This document shows positions 31,341 through 41,548 of a stretch of 64,000 bases of DNA, in pieces. The translations under genes were made by a program, and so were the position numbers. Each line of letters starts with the position of its first letter. Positions within the stretch are counted from its first letter, which is position 1. The stretch is from an uncultured delta proteobacterium (lineage in GTDB: Bacteria > Desulfobacterota > Binatia > UBA9968): contig CAVUVW010000016.1 of assembly GCA_963745035.1 (NCBI GenBank), positions 64,001 through 128,000 of the forward strand. Direction: 5' to 3'. A model generated the notes under the pieces. It was not told the origin of the DNA. It ran no database searches and saw only the letters and a list, made by a program, of their open reading frames with translations.

Positions 31341-31608
31341 GAATCCAGGTTTGTTTTCGCCGAATTAGCCTGGATACCCGCCCGCTTTCGCGAGGGCATG
31401 CTTTCGAATCGCGGGTATGACGGAATCTTGAACGGTCAGCCGTTAGCATTCCGCACACCCGTATTTTCGAAGGAAGCACGGAGAACGCGAAGGGTCTAAC
31501 TGTAAAGCCGATCGGTGCGCAAGCGCACCTACGGAGAAAACTTTGTATGCTTCGCGTCTTCGTGGTGATCGGTGAGAGTATGAGTCCGAAATCCATCGGA
31601 GGATTCTC

Positions 31609-32659
31609 ATGAGAATACTTTTTGTCGCCGCGGCTTTGGCGATAATGATTTGCACAGCACTCGCTGTGCGTGGATATGCCCAGTCCGATTTCTACAAGGG
31701 CAAAACAATCACCGTGGTGCAGATCGTCGACGCCGGCGGCACCGGCGATCTGCGCCGGAAGGCGCTGTTTCCGTTTCTGCAGAAATATATTCCGGGAAAT
31801 CCGACGATCGTCTCGGACTACATGCCGGGAGGCGGCGGCAGGAAGGCGGCGAATCATGTCTATCGCGTCGCCAAGCCGGACGGCCTCACCATTGGGGGTA
31901 TGTCGTCTTCGTTGGTGTCCAACGCAATCCTCGACACCGGCGGCGTGCAGTACGACATCGACAAGCTGACTTATCTGGGCTCGCCGGTGAGCGTCTTTCA
32001 TTATGTTTTTCTCACGCGCAAGGAAGCCGGTCTCGGCAGTTTGGAAAAATTGCGCGCCGCTGCGGGCGTACGCATCGGCGCCCAGGAAGTTGGACACGAC
32101 ATCTATATCACCGGGCGGCTGTTCGCCTACTTGCTGAATCTTAAAGGAGCCGCGGTTCGTCACCGGCTACGGCGGACCGGAAATCGACATCGCCATGGAG
32201 CGCCGGGAATTGGACGGCAGGGCGAATGCGCTGGAAACCTTGGGTCAGCGCAACGCCGAGGAGATGAAAAAAGGACTGCTCGACCTACACGCGCTGGTGG
32301 AAATTCCCAGAGGAAACCGGCCGGACGGTTTTGCGCGCTTACCCGAGATAGAAAGTTTCGCCAAATCCGACGTGGAACGAAAAGTACTGGCGATGTATCG
32401 CTCCTTCAGGCTCGTCGGCACGCCCTACATTCTCGCGCCGGGAACACCCAAGGCGCAGGTGCAAATTCTCCAAGAGGCGTTTCGCAAAGCGCTCCAGGAT
32501 CCTGAGTTTCATCGCGAGTTCAAAAAACTTTCCGGCTTCGATGCATCGCCGCTCATGCCGGAGGAGCAGGACAAAGCGATTCGCGAACTGCCGCGCGACC
32601 GCGATGTCATCGAGCTTTTCAAAAAACTCTCCGGCGCCGAGCCATTGCCGGCGCGGTGA
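31609..32659 (+). CDS. TctC/Bug-like substrate-binding protein (frameshift near 32144)
   Basis: FYKGKTI; YMPGGGG; AKPDGLTIG; second ORF supplies APGTPKAQV...LSGAEPLPAR; paralogue of 17547-18602. Confidence 0.85.
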
Positions 32660-32721
32660 GCTATGATGGCCGTCTGCTGGCCGCGTATCGTGCTTCGAGA
32701 TAATACTTCCCGTCGAGTGAC

Positions 32722-33183
32722 ATGACTCTCTTAGCAGTGTTTTTGATCGGTTTCTTCGCCGGGTTGCGCTCACTGACGGCGCCGGCGGCGACCGCTTGGG
32801 CCGTCCATTTAAAATGGTTCAAACTCGATTATCCGTTGGCCTACATCGGCTCGTTCGCTTCGGTAGCGATACTGAGCGCGCTTGCGGCTATCGAGCTGAT
32901 TGCGGACAAACTGCCGCAAACTCCGAGCCGCACGTCGCCGCCGGGTCTGATCGCGCGCATTGTTACGGGTGGATTTACCGGTGCATGCATCGCTGCCGGC
33001 GCAGGCCAAGGAATTTTTCTCGGCGCCGTGCTCGGCGTTGCGGGCGGCGTTGTAGGTTGTTTCGCCGGCTACCATGCACGCAGATGGATCGTGAGAACGC
33101 TAGGTACGCGAGACATTTACGTCGCCCTAATCGAGGATCTCGTGGCGATCGCGGGTTCCATGTGGGCCGTGTCGCGATTCTAA
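32722..33183 (+). CDS. Membrane protein (DUF4126-like)
   Basis: AGLRSLT; ELIADKLP.TPSRT; ALIEDLVA. Confidence 0.75.
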   Translation: MTLLAVFLIGFFAGLRSLTAPAATAWAVHLKWFKLDYPLAYIGSFASVAILSALAAIELIADKLPQTPSRTSPPGLIARIVTGGFTGACIAAGAGQGIFLGAVLGVAGGVVGCFAGYHARRWIVRTLGTRDIYVALIEDLVAIAGSMWAVSRF

Positions 33184-33215
33184 GTTATCTATGCGCAGTT
33201 ACGATAGGGAGGGCC

Positions 33216-33489
33216 CTGGCAACTTCATGTGAACATTTGCAAGGCTTAACTTCCAAGGATTTTCCCTCGCAGAAAACTCCCAACGCGTGCGAGGAATGCC
33301 TAAGCGAAGGAACCGTTTTGGTCGCTCTGCCCGAGTGCCAAGCGTGCAGCCACGTGGGCTGCTGCGATTCCTCGACGGGTAACATGCGACCAAACATTCC
33401 ACGCGACCCAGCATCCGGTGATGCGCGCGATCCCGTCGGAGGCTTGGACGTAGTGCTATGTCCATGAGGCGCAGGGTAGCCCGGGCTGA
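33216..33489 (+). pseudogene. Degraded UBP-type zinc-finger gene
   Basis: CEHL...CEECL...CQACSHVGCCDSS, frameshifts, then HPVMRAIPSEAWT*CYVHE with TAG at the expected Trp; CTG where the start should be. Confidence 0.75.
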
Positions 33490-33497
33490 TCCAGGGG

Positions 33498-34682
33498 CTA
33501 TTGTCGGGAAGCGCTATTTCTCTGCAGCACGTCCAGATACTTGACGCCGGCCGCCGTGTTGAAAATCAGCACTTCGTCGGCCGGCTTAATCCAATTGTCA
33601 GCGATCAAGCCGCGTAACGCGGCGACGCAAGCGGCGCCTTCCGGACAAAAGAATAGTCCTTCGGCTTTGCCGATGCGGGGAATTTCCGCCAGCATGTCTG
33701 CGTCGGTGACGCTCACCGCCGTGCCGCCGCTCTCGCGCAGTGCCTGCAATATCAAGAAATCGGCGACCGCCTGCGGCACGCGCAAACCCGATGCAACGGT
33801 GTGCGCGTTTTGCCATGGCTCGGCGGTTATCTTGTTTTCAGAAAACGCCTTGACGATGGGCGCGCAGCCGCTCGCTTGGACGGAAACCATGCGCGGCCGG
33901 GCCTTGCCGATCCAACCCAATTCCTCCAGCTCGGCAAAGGCTTTCCACATGCCGATGAGCCCTGTGCCCCCGCCGGTCGGGTAGATGATCACGTCCGGAA
34001 GGCGCCAGTCGAGCTGCTCGGCGATCTCGTAGCCCATGGTTTTTTTGCCTTCGACCCGATAGGGCTCCTTCAAAGTCGAGAGATCGAACCAGCCTTCCGC
34101 CGTTTTCTTCTCCGCGATGATGCGGCCGCAGTCGTTGATGAGGCCGTTCACCAGGGTGAGCTTGGCGCCGTACTGCGCGGCCTCGATTTGATTGGCCATC
34201 GGCGTGTCGCGGGGCATGAACACATGCGCTTCGATGCCGGCGCGCGCCGCATAGGCGGCAAAAGAACCGCCGGCGTTGCCGGCTGAAGGAATCGCGGCTT
34301 TTTTGACGCCGAGTTCTTTCGCTCGGGAAATCGCCACCGATAGCCCGCGGTCTTTGAACGACCCCGTGGGATTTTGCCCTTCGTCTTTGATCCAAAGCTT
34401 TCGCAAGCCGAGCTCCCCGCTGAGCCTATTCGCAGCGAGAAGCGGCGTGTAGCCCTCGCCCAAAGAAATCAGGTTGCCGTCGTCTTGAAGCGGCAATAGC
34501 TCGCGATAGCGCCACAGCGACGCGGGGCGCCGGGCGAAAGATGCTCTATCGAAAGCAGTTTTCGCTCGCTCGAGATCGTAGCGGACCAACAGCGGCGAGC
34601 CGCAAGGACAGAGATTAAGCAATTGCGAAAGTTCGAAGCGCTTTCCGCAACGGCTGCAGACGATTTCCCGGGCGAAGGACAT
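33498..34682 (-). CDS. thrC: Threonine synthase (fold-type II PLP enzyme)
   Basis: CSRC..CPCG; SLGEGYTPL; NPTGSFKDRG; SAGNAG; EGKKTMGYE; PTGGG. Confidence 0.85.
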   Translation of the reverse strand: MSFAREIVCSRCGKRFELSQLLNLCPCGSPLLVRYDLERAKTAFDRASFARRPASLWRYRELLPLQDDGNLISLGEGYTPLLAANRLSGELGLRKLWIKDEGQNPTGSFKDRGLSVAISRAKELGVKKAAIPSAGNAGGSFAAYAARAGIEAHVFMPRDTPMANQIEAAQYGAKLTLVNGLINDCGRIIAEKKTAEGWFDLSTLKEPYRVEGKKTMGYEIAEQLDWRLPDVIIYPTGGGTGLIGMWKAFAELEELGWIGKARPRMVSVQASGCAPIVKAFSENKITAEPWQNAHTVASGLRVPQAVADFLILQALRESGGTAVSVTDADMLAEIPRIGKAEGLFFCPEGAACVAALRGLIADNWIKPADEVLIFNTAAGVKYLDVLQRNSASRQ

Positions 34683-35045
34683 AAGAGATCGAGCAAGAAG
34701 CTCAATGGATCTTAATCGCGGTCTGATTGGGACTTCAAGCCGACCCGCTGAACCCTTTCGATCGATCCGGTGACTTACGAGTCGAACGTGATGGCAAACG
34801 CCCACAGAGGCGGCACGCATTCGTAACCACCAATGGGGGAGGAAAATGAAACTCACGAAGAAGATCCAACTCTGGCTAGCGTCGCTCTCGGTGGCTTCAT
34901 CCTATGCCGGGCGGGTCCGCGCGCGGTTGTCTTGCTTCCGGTCACGGCCTGTTCCCGGCAGGCTCGGAGCGGCTAGGCTCGGCTTGAGGGATTTTTGAGC
35001 TCCGAGCTTGAACGCCGCGGACGGCGGAGCTTAATTAAGAGGGCT

Positions 35046-36338
35046 ATGACGGACCTCTTCGCGGCGCGCTCGCAGATGGCGATTTCATTGGGTTTTCACA
35101 TCATCTTCGCAGCGATCGGCATCGCGATGCCGTTCTTGATGGCGATTTCCCATTGGCGCTGGCTCAAAACCAAAGAGCTGGTTTATCTGGACCTCACCAA
35201 AGCCTGGTCCAAGGGAGTGGCTATTTTCTTCGCCACGGGTGCTGTCTCGGGCACGGTGCTCTCGTTCGAGCTTGGGCTGCTCTGGCCCAAGTTTATGGAA
35301 TACGCGGGCCCGATCAGCGGGCTGCCGTTCGCATGGGAAGGCGCGGCTTTTTTTCTCGAAGCTATCGCTCTCGGGATTTTTCTCTACGGCTGGGATCGCA
35401 TTCATCCGTGGGCGCACTGGGCAAGCGGGATCGTCGTGGGCGTGAGCGGTGTCGCGTCCGGCATGTTTGTCATCTGCGCCAACGGCTGGATGAACGCGCC
35501 CGCCGGTTTCGACTGGGTGGACGGCAAGGCAATCAACATCGATCCGGTCGCGGCGATGTTCAATCGCGCCGCGCTTCAACAGGGATTGCACATGACGATC
35601 GCGGCATTCTGCGCCACCGGCTTCGCTGTCGCCGGCATTCACGCCATCGGCCTGCTGAAAAACTCGGTTTCGCGGTTTCACGCCGAAGCGTTTCGAATCG
35701 CGCTCGTCATCGGCGCGCTCGCAGCAATATTGCAGCCGCTACAGGGCGACCGGCTTGCCAAGCAGACGGCCGTGCTGCAGCCGGCGAAGCTTGCGGCGAT
35801 GGAATCGTTATTCTCCACGTCCAAGCCCGCGCCGCTGATCATCGGCGGCATTCCCTCGGAAGAAACCCAAACCGTCCGTTATGGAATCCACATCCCGAGA
35901 CTTCTGAGTTTCCTCGCCCACGGAGACTTCGAAGCCGAAGTCAAAGGACTCGACCAAGTGCCGCGCGAGAACTGGCCGCCTGTCGCTGTGGTCCACATCG
36001 CTTTTCAAATCATGATCGGCATCGGCACGCTGCTCGCGGCGCTCGGCGCGTGGTCCTTGTTTGCGTTATGGAAGAAACCAACGTGGCTGCGATCGAAAAA
36101 CGCGCTGCGGCTCTTCGCGCTGTGCACGCCGCTCGGCTTTATCGCCATCGAGGCAGGATGGACCGTGACGGAAGTCGGACGCCAACCCTGGATTATCTAT
36201 GGCATCATGAAAACAAAAGATGCCCTGACGCCGATGCCGGGCCTCATTTATCCAATGATGCTTTTCACCTTTGTCTATCTCATGCTGACGTTCATCGTTA
36301 CGTGGTTGATGGTGAGGCAGTTTAGACATGCTGGCTGA
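35046..36338 (+). CDS. cydA: Cytochrome bd ubiquinol oxidase subunit I
   Basis: SLGFHIIF; GAVSGT; FFLEA; QPAKLAAME; GWTVTEVGRQPW. Confidence 0.95.
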   Translation: MTDLFAARSQMAISLGFHIIFAAIGIAMPFLMAISHWRWLKTKELVYLDLTKAWSKGVAIFFATGAVSGTVLSFELGLLWPKFMEYAGPISGLPFAWEGAAFFLEAIALGIFLYGWDRIHPWAHWASGIVVGVSGVASGMFVICANGWMNAPAGFDWVDGKAINIDPVAAMFNRAALQQGLHMTIAAFCATGFAVAGIHAIGLLKNSVSRFHAEAFRIALVIGALAAILQPLQGDRLAKQTAVLQPAKLAAMESLFSTSKPAPLIIGGIPSEETQTVRYGIHIPRLLSFLAHGDFEAEVKGLDQVPRENWPPVAVVHIAFQIMIGIGTLLAALGAWSLFALWKKPTWLRSKNALRLFALCTPLGFIAIEAGWTVTEVGRQPWIIYGIMKTKDALTPMPGLIYPMMLFTFVYLMLTFIVTWLMVRQFRHAG

Positions 36339-37362
36339 AGCGATAGCGTGTTTTCTCGCGGTCTCGATTCTTTTCTACTGCATCTTCGGCGGCGCCGACT
36401 TTGGCGGCGGTATGTTGGAAGCTTTTGCCGGAACGGCGCGACGCGAAGAACAGCGCAAAGTCATTGCCCATGCGATCGGCCCGGTGTGGGAAGCCAATCA
36501 CGTCTGGTTGATTCTCGCCGTGGTCATTTTGTTTACGGGTTTCCCGAAAGCCTACAGCGCGCTCTCGGTCACTTTCCATATTCCGCTGACTCTGATGTTG
36601 ATCGGCATCGTTCTTCGCGGCTGCGCGTTTACTTTTCGCCACTACGACGCGGTGCACGACGGCTCGCAGCGCTACTACTCGGCGATCTTTATCGCTTCGA
36701 GCTTTCTCACCTCGTTGATGCTGGGGGTCGTGGCCGGCGGCATGCTGCTCGGCGTTTCGAGCCCGCCCGAGGCTGGGTTCTATGCCTCGTTCGTCAGGCC
36801 GTGGGCCAACCTGTTTTGTTTCGCCGTCGGCGTGTTTACCTGCGTGTTGTTCGCGTTTCTTGCCGCGGTTTATCTCGTCGGCGAAACTCAAGACGCCGAG
36901 ATCAAGCGGATCTTCGCGCGCCGGGCGCTGGTGCTGAACGCGCTCGCTATTCTCGTCGGTATAGCCGTGTTCGCCGCGGCCGAGTTGGAAGGGCTGCCGC
37001 TGGCTCGGTTGTTTGCCGCAAGCCGTCTGAGCCTGGCTTCGATGATCGGCGCGACCGTTATTCTCTTGCCTCTGTGGATCGCGGTCCGGCGCGATGGCGT
37101 TCAGGCGGCAAGAATTCTCGTGGCCGCTCAGGTGGGCCTGGTTCTCGTCGGCTGGTACCGGCTGCAGTACCCGATCATCATCAATTCTTCGACGACGCCT
37201 CTGACGATTTACACGGCTGTGGCACCGGAGCCGACTTTGCGCTACTTGCTCTATGCGCTGGTCGCCGGGTCGGTGATTATCTTCCCGGCGCTGTTCTATT
37301 TGCTGAAGATTTTCAAATTGCGTGAAGCGGAAGAATCGACGACCGCTTCGTGGGCGAAATAA
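36328..37362 (+). CDS. cydB: Cytochrome bd ubiquinol oxidase subunit II
   Basis: GGADFGGG; IGPVWEANHVWLI; LRGCAFTFR; overlaps cydA end. Confidence 0.95.
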   Translation: MLAEAIACFLAVSILFYCIFGGADFGGGMLEAFAGTARREEQRKVIAHAIGPVWEANHVWLILAVVILFTGFPKAYSALSVTFHIPLTLMLIGIVLRGCAFTFRHYDAVHDGSQRYYSAIFIASSFLTSLMLGVVAGGMLLGVSSPPEAGFYASFVRPWANLFCFAVGVFTCVLFAFLAAVYLVGETQDAEIKRIFARRALVLNALAILVGIAVFAAAELEGLPLARLFAASRLSLASMIGATVILLPLWIAVRRDGVQAARILVAAQVGLVLVGWYRLQYPIIINSSTTPLTIYTAVAPEPTLRYLLYALVAGSVIIFPALFYLLKIFKLREAEESTTASWAK

Positions 37363-37376
37363 ATCCTGGGCTTACG

Positions 37377-38426
37377 TTACTTCTTCGTGACTTCCTTGAG
37401 CAGCTTGTGCCAGCTTTCTAGCGATTCTTCGTACTGCGCCAGCGTTCCGCCTTTTTCCGGATACCAACGCTTGAAGCCATAATCTTTTCGGGCGCTGCCG
37501 AAGAATAAATCTTCGAGCAATTTTTGCCCCTCGGGGCTGAGAATGAAATCGGCGAAGAGCAGCGCGGCGTGGGGACGCTGAGCGTGAGCATAGACAGCGG
37601 CGCCACCGGCATTGGTCACGACCAGGTCCATCGGCACCCAGGCTACCGGCGCGCCGCGCTTGGCGGCCACGTTGGTGGCGCTGTAGAACTGGCTTGGCGA
37701 TGCGAAAATTTCGCCGGCGGCGACAAGCTGTGTCAAGGCGCTGCCCGCCATCATGTGCATTCTGATGTTCTGCTCTTTGAGCTTTCTTACGAATCCATCG
37801 CCTTTGGCGCGCACCATGGCGCCGAGGATTCGAGCGCCGGTGTCGTCACCCGATATGCCCATGTTGTCCTTTAGCGCGGGCCGGAGAAGGCCTTCGAAGT
37901 TTTTTGGCACGTCGGCGGCGTTCAGAAACCTGTTGTTGTAAGCGAAACCGATATACGACTCCCGCGCATTGGTCCAATAAACTAAATTCTTGGACGCCCT
38001 TTCTTTCGCTTCGTCGGGAAACGACGCGAGGTGCGGCGACGTGTATGGGAGCAAGAGTTTATTTTCGCGAAAAGTCAGCAGGCCGGGCAGAGTCGTTTCG
38101 ATGGCGTCGGCGAGATGGCGCTGCGCCTTGGCTTCGGTGAGAAGCCTTTGCGCGAGCGCCGAGGATCCGGTCCGGAACGTATCGACTTTGACGCCGGCAT
38201 ATTTCGCCTCGAAGGCCGAAGCGATTTGTTTGTTCTGCTCGGCGGCGAGTGTGGTGTACCAAACTACTTTGCCCTCGCGCTTGGCGCCCTCCAGCAGAAC
38301 GCGCTCACGATCCGCGCCGGTGTAAGATGCCAGGTCAGCGGCGGACAACGGTTTGCTCGTTTGACTCCAGGCCGGTGCGGTGGAGAGTGATAGCAACAGG
38401 AACAGAGTCGTAAAAGTTTTCATCAT
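37377..38426 (-). CDS. Extracellular solute-binding protein (ABC, iron/thiamine-type)
   Basis: Signal peptide; GAKREGKVVWYT; GAPVAW; PHAALLFADFILSPEGQ. Confidence 0.85.
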   Translation of the reverse strand: MMKTFTTLFLLLSLSTAPAWSQTSKPLSAADLASYTGADRERVLLEGAKREGKVVWYTTLAAEQNKQIASAFEAKYAGVKVDTFRTGSSALAQRLLTEAKAQRHLADAIETTLPGLLTFRENKLLLPYTSPHLASFPDEAKERASKNLVYWTNARESYIGFAYNNRFLNAADVPKNFEGLLRPALKDNMGISGDDTGARILGAMVRAKGDGFVRKLKEQNIRMHMMAGSALTQLVAAGEIFASPSQFYSATNVAAKRGAPVAWVPMDLVVTNAGGAAVYAHAQRPHAALLFADFILSPEGQKLLEDLFFGSARKDYGFKRWYPEKGGTLAQYEESLESWHKLLKEVTKK

Positions 38427-38451
38427 TTTTCCTTCTGTAGACTATGTCGGA

Positions 38452-38479
38452 GTCCTTCGACGAGCTCAGGACGAGCGGG
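38452..38479 (+). repeat. CCTTCGAC.AGCTCAGG-type REP-like repeat
   Basis: GTCCTTCGACGAGCTCAGGACGAGCGGG; relative at 15879-15903. Confidence 0.6.
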
Positions 38480-38529
38480 GAAGCTACAATTATTAGACTA
38501 GGTGTTTTCGCACTGAGTTGCTTATCTTG

Positions 38530-39075
38530 CTAAGCCAATGGTTCTTTGTCGCTAGGCACCGCTACGGCGAATGCGTTGAGTGTCATCGCGACCATGGCGT
38601 AGAAGCCGATGGCGCTGACGAGCTCGACCATCACCTGTTCGCCGAACATCGCCATGCCGCGCTGCGTAACTCGCCTCGGACAACTGCGCGTGGTATTCAG
38701 CTCCATCGTGAGATCGTAAACCAGGCGTTCGTCCTCGTGCGTGAACTGCGGCGTGCGCCGCTCGCGGATCGCCTGAACGATTTCGGGCGAGATACCGAAC
38801 TTAAGCGCATAGGGCTCATGGATGAACCAGGCGTATTGCGCGGTGGCCAGGCGCGCGGCCACGAGAATCATCAGCTCAAGCAAGCGGCGTTCGAGTTTTA
38901 CCCGTGAGGCAAACATCTCCTGCAGCTTGAGCGTGCTGTCGCACAGCTCGGCATTGCGCAGCCAGACGGCGAACGGCCCGCGCATGTGGCCTCGCTCGCG
39001 GATCAGCCTGTCGTAGATGGCGCGCTGCTCCGGGGAGAGTTTGTCCGGATCGATCTCAGGTAAACGTGGCATCAT
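38530..39075 (-). CDS. Carboxymuconolactone decarboxylase/AhpD-like protein
   Basis: LSPEQRAIYD; GPFAVWLR; ELMILVAAR; YAWFIH; VELVSAIGFY...LNAF. Confidence 0.85.
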   Translation of the reverse strand: MMPRLPEIDPDKLSPEQRAIYDRLIRERGHMRGPFAVWLRNAELCDSTLKLQEMFASRVKLERRLLELMILVAARLATAQYAWFIHEPYALKFGISPEIVQAIRERRTPQFTHEDERLVYDLTMELNTTRSCPRRVTQRGMAMFGEQVMVELVSAIGFYAMVAMTLNAFAVAVPSDKEPLA

Positions 39076-39205
39076 CTTCCTCGAAGGCATTCAAATGTTC
39101 CAATCGTTCAACTTCGCGGAGTCTGCCCTCAGGTCCAAGGTGCAAGCCCTACTTGTGTTCCCTCCGTCACCGGAGAATCGCCCAAGTTCATATCGACATT
39201 CGGGC

Positions 39206-40216
39206 TCACTTGTAAAGCTTGTCGACGAACCCCGACTTGCCGATCTCGCTGAGGATGGAATTGTCGATGAAAGTTTCCGGCTTCGCCGCTTTGGCGCCGG
39301 GGTGGGTGGCGAAGTTAAGCATCGTTTGAACGGCGGCGGCCGGTACCAGCGGCAATCTTTCCCACGCCGGCAGGAATGTTTGATAGGAATTCTCCAAGTC
39401 GTTCACATCGGTCGTCTTCGTGTACTTGCCGATTACCTGCTTGGCGTACTCCGCATCGGTACGGGCAACTTTGATGCCTTCGAGATAGGCTTGCAGAAAC
39501 CGCCGCACGTTGTCGGGATTGGCTTTCATATAATCTTTCGTGCTGGCGAGGGCGGCGTGAATCATCGGGATATTTTGTTCCGTCACATTCACCAGTTCCT
39601 TTAAACCGGCATGCTGCGCTTTGAGCGTAGTCGGCGAAGTGAAGATGCCGGCGTCCGCATTCCCCTGGTTGATGCCGGCGAGGATCTCCACCATGCCTTT
39701 GAGGTAGAGGAGTTTGACGTCCTTGCCCGGGATCAAGCGGGCTTGTTGCAGCAACAGCCGCGCGGCGAAATCCGTGGTGGCGCCCGGCACCGTGACTGCC
39801 AGGACCTTTCCCTTCAAATCCGCGAGGGACTTGATTTCCGGCTTGGCATAGATCGACATCACCGCGCGATTCAGGATGCCCGCAATGTACACGACCGGCT
39901 CGCCAGTCAACCCGGCTTCGACGATCTCGCCGCCCGGATTGATGACCTCGAGATTCTTGCCGATCAGCGCCTGGGTAGCGGTAGCAGGCGCGATATATCT
40001 CAGATCGACGTTCAAGCCATATTTGCTGAAGAGATTTCTGTCCGCCGCGATCCACAACGGCGCAAAGGCGCCACTGAACGCCGCGTAATTTGCCCGCAGC
40101 ACGGGCGTTTCGCCGGCTGTCGACTGCGATGCGCCGCCGAAAACAGCGCACGTGACGGCGAGAACCAACCATGATGCGGCGGTGGGAAGTCGGAACCAGT
40201 TTATCGTAACTTTCAT
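39206..40216 (-). CDS. ABC transporter substrate-binding protein (SsuA/NMT1-like)
   Basis: Signal peptide; PLWIAADRNLFSKYGL; DLKGKVLAV; FIDNSIL. Confidence 0.88.
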   Translation of the reverse strand: MKVTINWFRLPTAASWLVLAVTCAVFGGASQSTAGETPVLRANYAAFSGAFAPLWIAADRNLFSKYGLNVDLRYIAPATATQALIGKNLEVINPGGEIVEAGLTGEPVVYIAGILNRAVMSIYAKPEIKSLADLKGKVLAVTVPGATTDFAARLLLQQARLIPGKDVKLLYLKGMVEILAGINQGNADAGIFTSPTTLKAQHAGLKELVNVTEQNIPMIHAALASTKDYMKANPDNVRRFLQAYLEGIKVARTDAEYAKQVIGKYTKTTDVNDLENSYQTFLPAWERLPLVPAAAVQTMLNFATHPGAKAAKPETFIDNSILSEIGKSGFVDKLYK

Positions 40217-40265
40217 CTAGCCTCCGAGGTGAAAATGTGAGCGCTTAATGCAGCGGCGTCGCTGC

Positions 40266-41069
40266 TTACCGCTCATGCTTCAAAATAGAAAGAAAATTAT
40301 CGGCAAAAACCTTCTTTAAGTCGTCTTCTTTGAGCTTCGCTGCTTTGGTCACGTGCTTGGAAATCTTTTCCACTTCCATGGGGAGAGGATTGTAAGGGTG
40401 ATCGGAGCCAAAGAGGATCTTGCTCGTGCCGACGCCACGGAAAGCTTCGAGCAATAGCGGCATCCAGCCGACCACAGAGGTTTCGAGGAATATGTTCTCG
40501 TTCTGCCGCGCCACCGCTACCGCAAGTTTCACGTACTCCGACACGCCCATGTGCCCCAAAATAACCGGCACGTCTTTGTAGCGCGCCGCGAGCTCCGCGA
40601 TCACGCCGGGGGACGCTTTGCTCGACATACCGGTGTGGAAAATAATCGGCACGCGGTAGCGCCGCGCTGCGTTGTAAATTGGCTCCATGAGCTCCGCTTC
40701 GTTGGGATCGAAGAACTCGATTTCCGGATGAAGCTTGATGCCTTTAAGTTTCAAAGTGCCGAGACAATGATCGAGAGCTTTCGCCGAAGCTTCCGGCCCG
40801 AAGTTGGGATTGATGCGGCAGAAACTGATAATCCGCTTTGGATACTTGGCCATTTCCTCGGCCATGATCTGATTCGCTTCGGAATAGTCGGTGTACGAGG
40901 CGCCCAAAGGAAACGCCACGGCGCAGTCGAGGCCCGCTTCGTCCAGATTGCGTACCAGATCGTCGCCGAGAAAACTGGCAACGCCATGCCCCAACGGCGT
41001 CTTGCGGCGACCGAGATGGGAGTGCGCGTCTATGGCGTAAAACTCCGAATCATCTATGCGTAGTGTCAT
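40266..41069 (-). CDS. Amidohydrolase family protein
   Basis: IDAHSHLG; GIKLHP; IFHTG; ILGHMG; LFGSDHP. Confidence 0.9.
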   Translation of the reverse strand: MTLRIDDSEFYAIDAHSHLGRRKTPLGHGVASFLGDDLVRNLDEAGLDCAVAFPLGASYTDYSEANQIMAEEMAKYPKRIISFCRINPNFGPEASAKALDHCLGTLKLKGIKLHPEIEFFDPNEAELMEPIYNAARRYRVPIIFHTGMSSKASPGVIAELAARYKDVPVILGHMGVSEYVKLAVAVARQNENIFLETSVVGWMPLLLEAFRGVGTSKILFGSDHPYNPLPMEVEKISKHVTKAAKLKEDDLKKVFADNFLSILKHER

Positions 41070-41082
41070 GGGGTTTCTCCTT

Positions 41083-41529
41083 TCAAACTCTCCAGGAGCG
41101 GCGCCTCGGGAGAATCAAAGTGCAGCGTCCGGTGAGGATTTGCCGGTTCTGCTGGTTGGTGCCTTCAAGGTCGCAGATCACGAAGCTGTCCGATCCGTCG
41201 GATGACTTTTCTGCGATCTTCGCGCTAAAGCGCATCATATCTCCCTCGAAGGTCGAGTAAGTGTGGCGGACGCTGATCTTCTGAAGCCAACCGCGCGGGC
41301 CGATCCAGTCGGTAAGCATGCGCATGAGTAAAGCCTGCCGGTACGCGCCGCTGGCGATGAACGTCTTGAGTCCGTTGTGCTCGCGGACATGATCGCGATC
41401 GAAATGCAGATGCTGCCAATTCTCCTGCAAGCCGGCCCAGCGCACTGTGTCGACGATGGTGAGCGGCCCGTATTCGCGGGCGGTAATCTCGGCTCCGACG
41501 GCGACGTCTTCGAAGTGCACTTGGTCCAT
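41083..41529 (-). CDS. MaoC-like hotdog dehydratase
   Basis: FEDVAVG; ENWQHLHFD; LTDWIGP.G. Confidence 0.8.
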   Translation of the reverse strand: MDQVHFEDVAVGAEITAREYGPLTIVDTVRWAGLQENWQHLHFDRDHVREHNGLKTFIASGAYRQALLMRMLTDWIGPRGWLQKISVRHTYSTFEGDMMRFSAKIAEKSSDGSDSFVICDLEGTNQQNRQILTGRCTLILPRRRSWRV

Positions 41530-41548
41530 AACCATTCCTAACCCATCA

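Larger units (their letters stand above)
30206..31472 (+). repeat. Composite REP-pair element, copy 2, interrupted by IS30
   Basis: Left part 30206-30303 and right part 31344-31472 rejoin into a sequence similar to copies 1 and 3. Confidence 0.85.

Noticed and set aside
33448-33456. In-frame TAG as pyrrolysine or an alternative genetic code
   Set aside because: It sits in a multiply damaged gene, and TAG is used as a normal stop elsewhere in the window.
34846-34995. Short ORF MKLTKKIQLWLASLSVAS... with a strong RBS upstream of cydA
   Set aside because: May be a truncated secreted-protein start, but no family is recognisable; too weak to call.
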